Origin: an uncultured Actinomycetota bacterium
Lineage (GTDB): Bacteria; Actinomycetota; Actinomycetes; S36-B12; UBA10799
Assembly (NCBI GenBank): GCA_963704075.1
Contig: CAVPGV010000020.1
Span: forward strand, 3,264 to 67,263
DNA length: 64,000 nt
Reading direction: 5' to 3'
Shown here: piece by piece, positions 23,177 to 32,359 of the stretch
Layout: the number at the start of each line of letters is the position of its first letter
Position numbering within the stretch: position 1 is the stretch's first letter
Notes under the pieces: generated by a model
Database searches by the model: none
What the model was told of the DNA's origin: nothing
What the model saw: the letters and a program-made list of their open reading frames with translations, nothing else
Program-made: the position numbers and the translations under genes

Positions 23177-23592
23177 CCTCGGTCGTCTCAGATCGCGAGA
23201 TGGCCCGGTAGTTGCCCGTTGACCCGTAAGGAACGGGCTATTCGGCAACCAACAGGCTACCCAGCAACCAGCGGGTCATTCGCCTCCACCGGCGGGGCAT
23301 GCCCTGACCACGCATGGCCTGCATCGTGTGACTGTGGACCTCGGCGACAGCCCGCCTCGGTCGTCTCAGATCGCGCGATGGCCGGTTAGTTGCCCGTTGA
23401 CCCGTAAGGAACGGGCTATTCGGCAACCAACAGGCTGCCCAGAAACCAACGGGCGATTCGGCAACCAGCGGGCTATCCGGCAACTAGCAGGTGATCCAGC
23501 AACTATCGGGTCAGGTCCTTCACCGGGCGAGCAAGCCCTCACCACGAATAGCCTGCATCGTGTGACCGTTGTGGATCTCGGCGACAGCCCGC
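23177..23592. repeat. About 178-bp tandem duplication (unit 1 at 23177-23354; unit 2 at 23355-23592, expanded) containing two palindromic elements (about 23202-23258 and 23380-23436) and about 5 degenerate 19-nt units GGGC(T/G)AT(T/C)CGGCAAC(C/T)A(A/G)C (23413-23507)
   Basis: Direct alignment: CCTCGGTCGTCTCAGATCGCG..AGTTGCCCGTTGACCCGTAAGGAACGGGCTATTCGGCAACCAACAGGCT occurs twice. GCCTGCATCGTGTGAC..CTCGGCGACAGCCCGCC also occurs twice, and its second copy spans the tesB start. Confidence 0.85.
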
Positions 23593-24467
23593 CGCCGGAC
23601 AGTGGATTCCTCGAAAGACTCTCGCTGCACCGCATCGACCACGACATCTTCACAGGGTGGTGCCATGCCGGATCTCCGCTGCGCGCGTTCGGCGGTCAGG
23701 TGGCGGCCCAAGCCCTCGTGGCGGCGGGGACCACGGTCGAGCAGCCGGGCAGGGTCGTGCACTCGCTGCATGCGTACTTCCTGCGCGCCGGCTCGACCAC
23801 CGACCACATCGTGTACATGGTCGACCGGCCACGCGACGGCCGCTCGTTCTCGACCAGGCGGGTGCGCGCGGTGCAGTACGGCAAGACGATCTTCACCATG
23901 TCCGCCTCCTACGCCCAGCAACTGTCGGGTCCGAGTCACTATGTGAGCCCGGTCCCGGACCAGCACTGGATAACGCAGGTCCCGGATCCGGCGGGGCTTT
24001 CGCAGGCGGTCATCCTCGATCGTCTGCGGCAAACCGGTGAGCAGGGCAACGACGGGCTTCCCGAACACGACTTCGTGGACATCCGCTACGTGGACGCTGA
24101 GGATGTGGGGCGGATCTCCCAGGGCAGGTTCGACCGGATGGCCTGGGTCCGCGCCGGTCAGAGGCTTCCCGATCCGTCGCTGTTCCACGTGTGCGCCATG
24201 ACCTACTTCTCGGATCTCACGCTGGTCGGTACGGTGCTCGGGCACCACGGCGGCTACTTCGGCCGGGCGGACCTCGACATCGCCTCGCTGGACCACGCCA
24301 TGTGGTTCCACGAGCCGTTCCGGGCCGACGACTGGCTGCTGTTCGTGACTACCAGCCCGGTGTCGGGCGGCGGCCATGGCTTCGCCACCGGGCAGTTCTA
24401 TAAACCTGACGGAACCCTGGTCTCGTCCGCGGCGCAAGAAGTTCTCATGCGCGAACCCCTGCGCTGA
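23562..24467 (+). CDS. tesB: Acyl-CoA thioesterase II
   Basis: FLERLSLHRIDHDIFTGW...VHSLHAYFLRAG...DRPRDGRSFSTRRVRAVQYGKTIFTM. The start is probably GTG at 23562 or 23571. The 80-codon upstream extension of the ORF runs through the repeat and is not credited. Confidence 0.88.
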   Translation: MTVVDLGDSPPPDSGFLERLSLHRIDHDIFTGWCHAGSPLRAFGGQVAAQALVAAGTTVEQPGRVVHSLHAYFLRAGSTTDHIVYMVDRPRDGRSFSTRRVRAVQYGKTIFTMSASYAQQLSGPSHYVSPVPDQHWITQVPDPAGLSQAVILDRLRQTGEQGNDGLPEHDFVDIRYVDAEDVGRISQGRFDRMAWVRAGQRLPDPSLFHVCAMTYFSDLTLVGTVLGHHGGYFGRADLDIASLDHAMWFHEPFRADDWLLFVTTSPVSGGGHGFATGQFYKPDGTLVSSAAQEVLMREPLR

Positions 24468-24489
24468 ACACCATGGCTAAGTTTGAGTC

Positions 24490-25569
24490 ATGGCTGAACC
24501 CTCGACCATCCGGCACACCGCTCCCATGCAGGTCATGGGTCCCGACGGCCCCCGATTCGGCGACTACGTCGGTCTGACACCCGTTCTGCGACCCCCCGGG
24601 GCCGAGGGCCTGCCAGGGCAACGTCAGATCACCGGCTTCCTTCGGCACAAGCGCTGGATGTACACGTTCGCCGCCAACGAGGAGATCCTGGTAACAGCCG
24701 CAATCGTCGACGCGGGTCCTACGGGCACGACGTTCATCACCGTCGCAGACAGACGTACCGGACATTTCCTCGCCGACATCAGCCGTCCGGGCGGGACCCG
24801 GCCGATGGTCGGTGTGAACGAGTACCCCGGAGAGGGTCACCGCAGTCGCTACCGCATGCCCGGGTCGGACGTGTCGATGAAGACGATCGACGGAATCCTG
24901 TCCGTGCGAGCCAAGATCGGCTCCCCGGTCGGTCTCCCGGCGATCGGTACACCGGCGGTCGAGCTCGACCTGCACTTCGATATCACCGATCAGCCCCCGC
25001 TGACGGTCATCTCAGATCTCGATACGGACCCGCCCGCGGTGTCCACGACCGGCAAGAACGCCGCGTTGCCGGTCAACGGCCGCGTCGTGATCCGCCATGC
25101 TGGCCTGCTGCACGCCTTCGATTTCGCCGACGCCGTGGGCGGTTTCGACTACACCAGCGGCTTCTTGCCCCGCCACACACACTGGCGCTGGGCGTACCTC
25201 ACAGGCCATCTGGCCGACGAGCGCGTCTTCGGACTCAACCTCTCCGCTGACTTCTCCGGCCTGCAAGGACGCGCCCGGGAGAACTCCGTGTGGTTGGACG
25301 GCACGCTGCACGCCATCGATCCCGACGCCAGCATCACGTACGACGAGTCGGCTCCGGAGAACCCGTGGCACGTCACCACCTCTGACGGTGCCGTGGATCT
25401 CGAGTTCACGCCGATCGGCGTCCACCGGGAGTCGTTGAACTTGGGCTTGCTCCGCAGCCGATTCCTGCAACCGGTCGGTGAGTTCCGGGGGACCGTCAAG
25501 CTCGCTGGTCAGACCCTCGGCGTCGACGGCATGCCCGGAGTCGTCGAGAACCAGGACGTGCTCTGGTAG
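24490..25569 (+). CDS. DUF2804 domain-containing protein
   Basis: Intact 359-aa ORF with strong GC3 codon bias and no TM segment or signal peptide. The family assignment comes from my recollection of the HTHWRWAY-type motif, so it is tentative. Confidence 0.55.
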   Translation: MAEPSTIRHTAPMQVMGPDGPRFGDYVGLTPVLRPPGAEGLPGQRQITGFLRHKRWMYTFAANEEILVTAAIVDAGPTGTTFITVADRRTGHFLADISRPGGTRPMVGVNEYPGEGHRSRYRMPGSDVSMKTIDGILSVRAKIGSPVGLPAIGTPAVELDLHFDITDQPPLTVISDLDTDPPAVSTTGKNAALPVNGRVVIRHAGLLHAFDFADAVGGFDYTSGFLPRHTHWRWAYLTGHLADERVFGLNLSADFSGLQGRARENSVWLDGTLHAIDPDASITYDESAPENPWHVTTSDGAVDLEFTPIGVHRESLNLGLLRSRFLQPVGEFRGTVKLAGQTLGVDGMPGVVENQDVLW

Positions 25570-25623
25570 CACCACACCCTGCAACGCAACGCCATACTCA
25601 CATGTTCGGCGGGCGGCCGAGGT

Positions 25624-25896
25624 TCAGTTGACGCGCCGGGTCAGAGATAGCCCGAGCAGCACCGGGCCCGTCGAACAGGTTCCCGTTCGAGCCGTGGCAC
25701 TGCCGCAACTGCCACAGCCGCTGGGTGGGCACGCGGTGGCCATCGCCTCTGCCGACAAGTAGCCCATGCGGACGAGTTGCTCCAACGACGTGCGGATCAT
25801 GTCCATCGACAGACCGGTGCTGCGGTGGATCTCGTTGCTGGTCAGCGCCCCGGCCTCCACGGCGTCGAGCACGGCACTCAGTGGTCCAGCACTCAT
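25624..25896 (-). CDS. feoC: FeoC-like winged-helix protein with a C-terminal Cys cluster
   Basis: The ATG overlaps the feoB stop (ATGA). Sequence: MSAGPLSAVLDAVEAGALTSNEIHRSTGLSMDMIRTSLEQLVRMGYL, then CPPSGCGSCGS...C. Confidence 0.6.
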   Translation of the reverse strand: MSAGPLSAVLDAVEAGALTSNEIHRSTGLSMDMIRTSLEQLVRMGYLSAEAMATACPPSGCGSCGSATARTGTCSTGPVLLGLSLTRRVN

Positions 25897-27902
25897 GAGA
25901 TCAACCTTCCCACTTGGAACACCGCCACCGCGACCACCCACGCAACCGACAACTGGACCCCGACGCCGAACAGCGTCCACTTGCGTCCGATCTCGCGCCA
26001 CTGCGTCGCGAGGGTAGCCACACACGGGGTATACGCCAGCAGGAAGATCATGAACGCCCAGACCGCTGCCGTGGTGTGTCCGCCGGAGGACTGCGCGAAG
26101 TCTTCGCGTACGGCCTCCCCCAGGGCACCGGGTACATCCAGCTCGCTGGGTTCTTCGACGGCATAGGTCTGCGACCAGGAACTGATGACCGCCTCTTTGG
26201 CCACGAAGCCCACCGCGAGCGCACCCACGGCCTCCCAGTTGCCGAAGCCGGCCGGCGCGAACACGGGCGTGACCGTCTGCGCAGCTGCAGCGTAGGCGCT
26301 GTCACTGACCGGCACGTCCGCGAACGAACCCTGCCCCCCGACGGGGATCGACTGCAGCAGCCAGACAGCCGCAACGGTCGCGACGATGATCCCGGAGGCG
26401 GTGCGCAGGAAACCTTTCAGCCGACCCCAGGTCACGACGCCCAGGATTCTGAGGTGGGGCGGCTGATAGGCCGGCAGGTCCAGGAGCAGAGGATCGCGCC
26501 CCATGGTTCGCCACAGCGTCTTCTTGAGCGCAAGGCCCACGACCACCACGAACAAGATCGAGATGATGTACATCGCGAACACCACGTTGCCCGCGTTGTC
26601 CGGGAAGAACGTCGCCGCGAGCATCACGTAGACGGCCAGCCGCGCCGAGCACGAGGTGAAAGGCACCAGCAGTGCGGTGAGGATCCGGTGCCGGGAGTCC
26701 GGCAGCACCCGGGTCGCGCTGATGGCGGGGACGTTGCAGCCGAAGCCCACGATCAGTGGGAGGAAGGCGCGTCCAGGCAGGCCGATCATCCGCATCGTCC
26801 GGTCGGTGACCACGGCCGCCCGGGCCATGTAGCCGGAGTCCTCGAGCAGCGCGAGCAGCGCGAACATGATCGCCATCAGCGGCACGAACGTGAGCAGCAT
26901 GCCAACGCCGGCGATCAACCCGTCGACCACGAAACTCTCGACCCAGGAACCACCGAGCCCCACCGCACTCAAGATCGCGACGGCCGCCGTACTCACGGGG
27001 CCGGAGAAGAGCGCGTCGAGTCCGTCCTGCAGGGGCGCGGCAGCGGTCGTGGTGAGCTGGAACACCACCCACATGACAGCCAGGAAGATGATCGGCCCAA
27101 GCCAGGGAGCGGTCACCCACCGGTCGATCCGGTCGGACCAGGTCCGTGGTTCGGCTTGCGGGCTGACCGTCGCCGCATCGATCGCCTCCTGAATCCACGC
27201 GAAGCGTTCATCGGCCGAAGCCAACTCGTCTCCGGCCACGTCAGGGCGTGGCCGGGCGGGCAGCGGCGGGCGTCCCAGCGACTGTGCGACGGCTCGGGCA
27301 AGATCGGCGTCACCGATCCCGTGACGGGGGTCGACGCGCACGACTGGGGCTCCGAGGCGGCGGTGCAACTCCTCGACGTCGACTTCGATCTCCCGGCGTG
27401 CAGCCACATCCGACATGGTCAGGGCGACCACGACCCGGCCCGCGGCTTCCCTGACCTGCGAGACCAAGTACAACGATCTGGCCAGCCGTGAGGCGTCCAC
27501 CACGACGACGATCAGGTCGGGACGGTCGGTCTCGTCTGGTGGCATCAGGAGCGTGCGGGTGAACTGCTCGTCCGGCGAGATCGCGTCCAGGCTGTAGGCG
27601 CCCGGCAGGTCGAGCAGCGCGACCTCTGATCCCGGCTCGTCCCACGATCCGGCCCCGGCCAGGTCCGGAACCGCCGTACGTTCGCGCAGGGGCACAGACC
27701 AGCGTGCGCGTCCGACCTCGACGGTGGTGCCCGGCCAGTTCCCGACCTGTCGGCGAGCCCCCGTGAGGCTGTTGAAGAGCGTCGACTTGCCGACGTTGGG
27801 GGCACCTACGAGTGCCACCACGGGCGCGCCGCTGGCGGCCAGTGGACCTGCTGCGTCGGAGTGGCAGGAGGCGAAACTCGCCGCGGAGGAATCAGTCGTC
27901 AC
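25893..27902 (-). CDS. feoB: Ferrous iron transporter FeoB
   Basis: G-domain VALVGAPNVGKSTLFNSLTG...GTTVE...LLDLPG, followed by a polytopic membrane domain. The proposed GTG start at 27902 overlaps the feoA end by 11 nt. Confidence 0.9.
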   Translation of the reverse strand: MTTDSSAASFASCHSDAAGPLAASGAPVVALVGAPNVGKSTLFNSLTGARRQVGNWPGTTVEVGRARWSVPLRERTAVPDLAGAGSWDEPGSEVALLDLPGAYSLDAISPDEQFTRTLLMPPDETDRPDLIVVVVDASRLARSLYLVSQVREAAGRVVVALTMSDVAARREIEVDVEELHRRLGAPVVRVDPRHGIGDADLARAVAQSLGRPPLPARPRPDVAGDELASADERFAWIQEAIDAATVSPQAEPRTWSDRIDRWVTAPWLGPIIFLAVMWVVFQLTTTAAAPLQDGLDALFSGPVSTAAVAILSAVGLGGSWVESFVVDGLIAGVGMLLTFVPLMAIMFALLALLEDSGYMARAAVVTDRTMRMIGLPGRAFLPLIVGFGCNVPAISATRVLPDSRHRILTALLVPFTSCSARLAVYVMLAATFFPDNAGNVVFAMYIISILFVVVVGLALKKTLWRTMGRDPLLLDLPAYQPPHLRILGVVTWGRLKGFLRTASGIIVATVAAVWLLQSIPVGGQGSFADVPVSDSAYAAAAQTVTPVFAPAGFGNWEAVGALAVGFVAKEAVISSWSQTYAVEEPSELDVPGALGEAVREDFAQSSGGHTTAAVWAFMIFLLAYTPCVATLATQWREIGRKWTLFGVGVQLSVAWVVAVAVFQVGRLIS

Positions 27903-28119
27903 GGCGCTCGACACCGATCGCAGCGGCCAACCCGGAATCGAGGGCGACACGTGCGCCACCCACGGAAACGACACGACCCCCACCGGTCGTGCGGTACAGA
28001 ACCCGGACGTGGGATCCAGTCCGGATACCCATCTCGGCCAGCCGCCGCTTCATAGACGGGGTGCCTTCCACCTCGGTCACCGTGCCTGCTCCCGCGAGCT
28101 GACCGAGCGTGTTCCTCAC
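27892..28119 (-). CDS. feoA: FeoA family protein
   Basis: 75-aa ORF: LAGAGTVTEVEGTPSMKRRLAEMGIRTGSHVRVL, the FeoA/DtxR SH3-like pattern. Confidence 0.8.
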   Translation of the reverse strand: MRNTLGQLAGAGTVTEVEGTPSMKRRLAEMGIRTGSHVRVLYRTTGGGRVVSVGGARVALDSGLAAAIGVERRDD

Positions 28120-28169
28120 CCTCGTACGCTACCAGGTTCGGGTTAGGCGACCCTTACCTGTGAGGCATC

Positions 28170-28904
28170 TCACGCGACGAGTGTGCCGACCTGCAGACCA
28201 GCCGCGGCCCGACGGATATTGCCCGGCGCCATGAGGTCGAACACGATCAGCGGAAGCCGGTTATCCCGACACAGACTGATCGCCGTCCCGTCAGCCACCT
28301 TCAGGTCCTGGGCCAGGACCATGGAGTGCGTCAGGCGATCGTATTTCGTCGCTGCGGGCGTCGTGCGCGGGTCCGCGTCGTAGACGCCATCCACCCCGCT
28401 CTTACCCATGAGCACCACCTGACACCCGATCTCCAGCGCCCGCTGGGCGGCACAGGAGTCCGTGGAGAAGTAGGGCACCCCGAGACCCGCACCGAAAATC
28501 ACCACGCGGCCCTTCTGCAGGTGTCGGATCGCGCGACGCGGGACATAAGGCTCGGCCACCTGCCCCATGGCGATGGCTGTTTGTACGCGCGTCTCGACGC
28601 CGGCCTTCTCGAGGAAGTCCTGTAAGGCCAGGCAGTTCATGACCGTGCCGAGCATGCCCATGTAGTCTGCGCGGGCCCGGTCCATACCGTGCTCGGACAG
28701 TTGCGCGCCCCGGAAGTAGTTGCCACCACCGATCACGACGGCGACCTCGCGACCGTCCGAGACGACCTCGGCGATCTGCTGCGCGATCGATGCGACGACG
28801 TCGGGGTCGACACCCAGGCCGGTACCACCCGAGAACGCCTCCCCGGACAGTTTCAGAAGAACACGATCCCAGCCTGCTGCGGGCGCCGACTCCCAACGCT
28901 GCAT
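28170..28904 (-). CDS. pyrH: UMP kinase
   Basis: 244-aa ORF: [11 protein letters not shown]...[11 protein letters not shown]...MGMLGTVMN...[13 protein letters not shown]. Confidence 0.95.
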   Translation of the reverse strand: MQRWESAPAAGWDRVLLKLSGEAFSGGTGLGVDPDVVASIAQQIAEVVSDGREVAVVIGGGNYFRGAQLSEHGMDRARADYMGMLGTVMNCLALQDFLEKAGVETRVQTAIAMGQVAEPYVPRRAIRHLQKGRVVIFGAGLGVPYFSTDSCAAQRALEIGCQVVLMGKSGVDGVYDADPRTTPAATKYDRLTHSMVLAQDLKVADGTAISLCRDNRLPLIVFDLMAPGNIRRAAAGLQVGTLVA

Positions 28905-28908
28905 GGTG

Positions 28909-29742
28909 TCAGCCCTGGCCGACCTTGAAGCGCGCGAACCGGCGGACGGTCACGCCGTTCTCATTCAAGTACGCGCCGATGGTCTTCTTGTTGTCGCGGA
29001 CCCATGGCTGCTCCAGCAGACACACGTCTTTGAAGAACCCGTTGACGCGGCCCTCGACGATCTTGGGCAGCGCCTGCTCAGGTTTGCCCTCCTCGCGGGA
29101 GGTCTCCTCGGCGATGCGCCGCTCGTTGGCGACGACATCCTCGGGGACGTCCTCGCGCGACAGGTACAGCGGGGACATCGCTGCGATGTGCTGCGCGACG
29201 TTCTTGCCGACCTCTTCGTTCTCGCCGTCGAGTTCGACCAGCGCCCCCACGCTCGGCGGGAGAGCCGGGTCGTGCTTGTGCAGGTACACCGTGACGAAGC
29301 CGTCGCCGAACCGCTCGAAGCGGCGGATCTCGATCTTCTCCCCCATGCTCGCGTTGGCCTCGTCCAGCAGTTGCTGGATGGTCTTGTCGGCCTCAAGCTC
29401 CAGGCTGAGCAACTCGGTCACGTCCGACGGCTTCTGGGCCGCGACGAACGCCGACACGTCGGCCGCGATCTGCTGGAAGGCCGGGGTCTTGGCCACGAAG
29501 TCGGTCTCGCAGTTCAGTTCGAGCAGGACCCCGTGTCCGGTGCCCTCCAGGTAGGAGGTCACGAGGCCGTTGGAGGCCGTGCGCTCCGCGCGCTTGTTGA
29601 CACCCTTCGCACCCTTGACACGCAGGATCTCGACGGCCTTGTCGAAGTCGCCATCCGCCTCGGTCAGGGCGTTCTTGCAGTCCAGCATTCCCGCGCCGGT
29701 CATTTCGCGCAGGCGCTTGACGTCAGCTGCACTCACAGCCAT
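28909..29742 (-). CDS. tsf: Translation elongation factor Ts
   Basis: 277-aa ORF: [37 protein letters not shown]. Confidence 0.95.
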   Translation of the reverse strand: MAVSAADVKRLREMTGAGMLDCKNALTEADGDFDKAVEILRVKGAKGVNKRAERTASNGLVTSYLEGTGHGVLLELNCETDFVAKTPAFQQIAADVSAFVAAQKPSDVTELLSLELEADKTIQQLLDEANASMGEKIEIRRFERFGDGFVTVYLHKHDPALPPSVGALVELDGENEEVGKNVAQHIAAMSPLYLSREDVPEDVVANERRIAEETSREEGKPEQALPKIVEGRVNGFFKDVCLLEQPWVRDNKKTIGAYLNENGVTVRRFARFKVGQG

Positions 29743-30797
29743 CAGTTGTTCTCCTCATCGGTGGTGGACTCGGGGGTCGTCGCCTCGGTGGGCTCGACCT
29801 GCTCGGTCGTCGGGGCGGTCGCCTCCGCTTCCGGTGCGGCTTCGGCGGCCGGTGCAGCTTCCGGTGCGGCTTCGGCGGCCGGTGCAGCTTCGGTGGCCTC
29901 GGCTGCCGGTGCAGCTTCGGCGGCCTCGGCGGCCGGTGCAGCTTCGGCGGCCTCGGCGGCCGGTGCAGCTTCGGTGGCCTCGGCGGCCGGTGCAGCTTCG
30001 GCGGCCGGCTCGGCGGCCGGTGCAGCTTCGGCTTCCGCCGCAGCCTGCTGTTCCAGCAGATCCCGCTCCCACTGCGGCATCTCCTCCGCGGTCTCGTCGC
30101 CCGCCCCGGCGCGGGCGATCTTGCCCTCCGCCACGGCGTCTGCGATGACCCTGGTCAGCAGCCCGACCGCACGGATCGCGTCGTCGTTGCCGGGGATCGG
30201 GTAGTCGACCACGTCGGGATCACAGTTGGTGTCCAGGATCGCGACGATCGGGATGCCGAGCTTGCGCGCCTCCGCAACCGCAATGTGCTCCTTGTTCGTG
30301 TCGACGATCCAGACCGCACTCGGAATCTTGCTCATGAAGCGGATACCGCCGAGGGTCCGCTCGAGCTTGTCGCGCTCGCGGCGAAGACCGAGCAGCTCGC
30401 GCTTGGTCATGCCACTGGCCGCGACGTCGTCGAAGTCGATCTCCTCGAGCTCCTTAAGGCGCTGCAGGCGCTGGTGCACCGTCTGGAAGTTGGTCAGCAT
30501 GCCGCCGAGCCAGCGCTCGTTGACGTACGGCATCCCGACCCGCTGCGCCTGTGTGGCAACAGCTTCCTGGGCCTGCTTCTTGGTACCGATGAACAGGATC
30601 GTGCCGCCGTGCGAGACGGTCTGCTTGACGAACTCGAAAGCGTCGTCGAGGTATCCGAGGGCCTGGTTCAGGTCGATGATGTAGATGCCGTTGCGGTCGG
30701 TGAGGATGAACCGCTTCATCTTGGGGTTCCAGCGGCGGGTCTGGTGTCCGAAGTGGACGCCGGACTCCAGCATCTGGCGCATGGTCACAACTGCCAT
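29742..30797 (-). CDS. rpsB: 30S ribosomal protein S2 with a long Ala/Glu/Pro-rich C-terminal tail
   Basis: Starts [27 protein letters not shown] at 30797; the ORF track extends further upstream, out of context. The tail is ([12 protein letters not shown])n. Confidence 0.93.
   Translation of the reverse strand: MAVVTMRQMLESGVHFGHQTRRWNPKMKRFILTDRNGIYIIDLNQALGYLDDAFEFVKQTVSHGGTILFIGTKKQAQEAVATQAQRVGMPYVNERWLGGMLTNFQTVHQRLQRLKELEEIDFDDVAASGMTKRELLGLRRERDKLERTLGGIRFMSKIPSAVWIVDTNKEHIAVAEARKLGIPIVAILDTNCDPDVVDYPIPGNDDAIRAVGLLTRVIADAVAEGKIARAGAGDETAEEMPQWERDLLEQQAAAEAEAAPAAEPAAEAAPAAEATEAAPAAEAAEAAPAAEAAEAAPAAEATEAAPAAEAAPEAAPAAEAAPEAEATAPTTEQVEPTEATTPESTTDEENN
29828..30030. repeat. Coding tandem repeats in the rpsB tail (27-nt unit CCGGTGCAGCTTCGG(C/T)GGCCTCGGC(G/T)G, 4 copies at 29879-29986, plus flanking 30-nt units)
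   Basis: Read directly on the plus strand. The repeats are in frame and encode AEAAEAAPA-type repeats. Confidence 0.8.
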
Positions 30798-31103
30798 GGG
30801 ATTTCCTTTCGTGCCGCGTAGGGCACCTGTCCAGTTAGATGTGCCGATCGGCGATCGGCACCCTGACACCGACTCCTGCGCTGGCCTGGTGAGGACTGGA
30901 CCCAGGAGACCGCGCGGTGGGTACAACGCGGCACTCGGTGTGCGAATTTCGCCTGACGTGTGCCGGACCTGCCCTAGGGCAGGCCGGATCGGCCAGACGA
31001 TGGTCACTATCGTATCGGGCCACTTGTGGATGGCCACGCCCGGTATTCACAGATCCTCAGGGATCCCTTCCCGAGGACCGCCCGTTTCAGGGTCAATGAG
31101 GTC

Positions 31104-31610
31104 ATGACCATGTTCGCCCTCCCGCCGACTCCACCGATATCCCCCATGGTGATCGTTCGGGCGTTCGCTCCCGCCCCACACAATTGGCTGCCGGCACACC
31201 GGGGCCTCGATCTCGAGGCCCGTGGCGGGCAGGCGGTGGTCGCACCCCGATCCGGACGGATCGTGTTCGCCGACCGCATCGCCGCGCGCCGCGTGGTGGT
31301 GCTCAAGTCCGGGGCCGTCCGTTTCACGTTCGAACCGGTGCGGGCCCGGGTGGAAGCCGGGCAACGCCTGCGGCCGGGTCAGGTGCTCGGCCGGGTCGAC
31401 ACCGGAGGCCATTGCGACGGCCGCTGCCTGCACTGGGGTGCGAAGATCGGTGGCGAGTACGTCGATCCGCTGTCCTTCCTGCCGCGGTCCCGCCCGGTCC
31501 TGAAACCGTTGTCAGCCCTCGCGTTCAGGCCTCCCGATGCACTCGTGCGTCCTGGCGCCAGAGCCCGATTCCCGCCGGCGCGATCTCCAGCAGGCTCAGC
31601 GTCACCATGA
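31104..31610 (+). CDS. M23 family metallopeptidase
   Basis: HRGLDLEARGGQAVVAPRSGRIVF...GHCDGRCLHWGAKIGGEYVDPLSFL. The last 28 codons or so overlap the convergent ZIP gene, so the 3-prime end is uncertain. Confidence 0.75.
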   Translation: MTMFALPPTPPISPMVIVRAFAPAPHNWLPAHRGLDLEARGGQAVVAPRSGRIVFADRIAARRVVVLKSGAVRFTFEPVRARVEAGQRLRPGQVLGRVDTGGHCDGRCLHWGAKIGGEYVDPLSFLPRSRPVLKPLSALAFRPPDALVRPGARARFPPARSPAGSASP

Positions 31611-32211
31611 TTCCGCCAACCACTGCGAGCAGACCGGCGATGCGGACCTCGGTGAATGCTTCGGCGAAGGCCAGCACCATCAGGGCCCCGGCGATCTCGC
31701 CGGCGGTCGCGATGAACGTGAACCAGTAGGCCCGAGCGCGGCCACCTCCGGCTGCCATCACCGGCGCTGCCACGGCGATCCCCTCCGGCACGTTGTGCAA
31801 CGCGAGTGCGGTGGCCGTCACCAGTCCCGCTTCCACGGACAGCAGGGCGGTGGCGGCGGTCACCGCCCCTTCGGGAATGTTGTGCAGACCGATCGCTACG
31901 GCGATCAGCGACGCGCTGAGGGCCAGGCGGCTGCCGTCCGGGCGCAAACGCCTGGCCAGGATCTGCATGCCCACGACGACGAGCGCACCGACCAACGCCA
32001 GACCGGTCACCGCGGCCACCGACAGCCCGGCCGCGACGGCCGCCGGGAAGAGTTCCAGCGCGCTGATCAGCACCATCGCGCCGGCGACCAGCAGCAACGT
32101 CACGCCGAAAACCTTCGCCGGCCACGGGCGGCCGCTGGTGGCGATCAAGGCACCCAGCATCGTCGTCGACGCTGCCGCCGAGGCCAGCAGGAATGCGAAG
32201 ACCGGAGTCAT
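31525..32211 (-). CDS. ZIP family metal (zinc) transporter, ZupT-like
   Basis: MTPVFAFLLASAAAS... with two HN(I/V)PEG motifs (GLHNIPEG, ALHNVPEG). The ORF is open to 32244. Confidence 0.88.
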   Translation of the reverse strand: MTPVFAFLLASAAASTTMLGALIATSGRPWPAKVFGVTLLLVAGAMVLISALELFPAAVAAGLSVAAVTGLALVGALVVVGMQILARRLRPDGSRLALSASLIAVAIGLHNIPEGAVTAATALLSVEAGLVTATALALHNVPEGIAVAAPVMAAGGGRARAYWFTFIATAGEIAGALMVLAFAEAFTEVRIAGLLAVVGGIMVTLSLLEIAPAGIGLWRQDARVHREA

Positions 32212-32359
32212 GATCGTGACGGACGCTACGTCGTCCTGGCCCACCCCCTCGGTATCAGCGTAAACGGGCTGGTATCGGGCTCATGGCTCCGCTCTGCCGG
32301 GTAGGCCTGACCGCCCGAAGAGCTCCCGACGGCGCCGTGCTAATCGCGGACCTGAGCCG

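Noticed and set aside
23328-23561. An 80-codon N-terminal extension of tesB running in frame through the repeat region
   Set aside because: The extension is made of repeat sequence (RAIRQPTG.../RAIRQLAG...) and has no similarity to thioesterase N-termini. Family-like sequence starts at FLERLSLHRI, just after the GTG at 23562/23571.
23177-23592. CRISPR array hypothesis for the tandem or periodic repeats here and at 45571-45667, 16978-17028 and 59904-60100
   Set aside because: The repeat units are contiguous or separated by only 6-7 nt, so there are no 25-40-nt unique spacers. There are only 2-5 copies and no cas genes in the window.
28720-30204. 494-aa plus-strand ORF with a poly-Ala/Ser/Gly tail
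   Set aside because: It is antisense to pyrH, tsf and rpsB. The repetitive tail is simply the reverse complement of the rpsB tail repeats.
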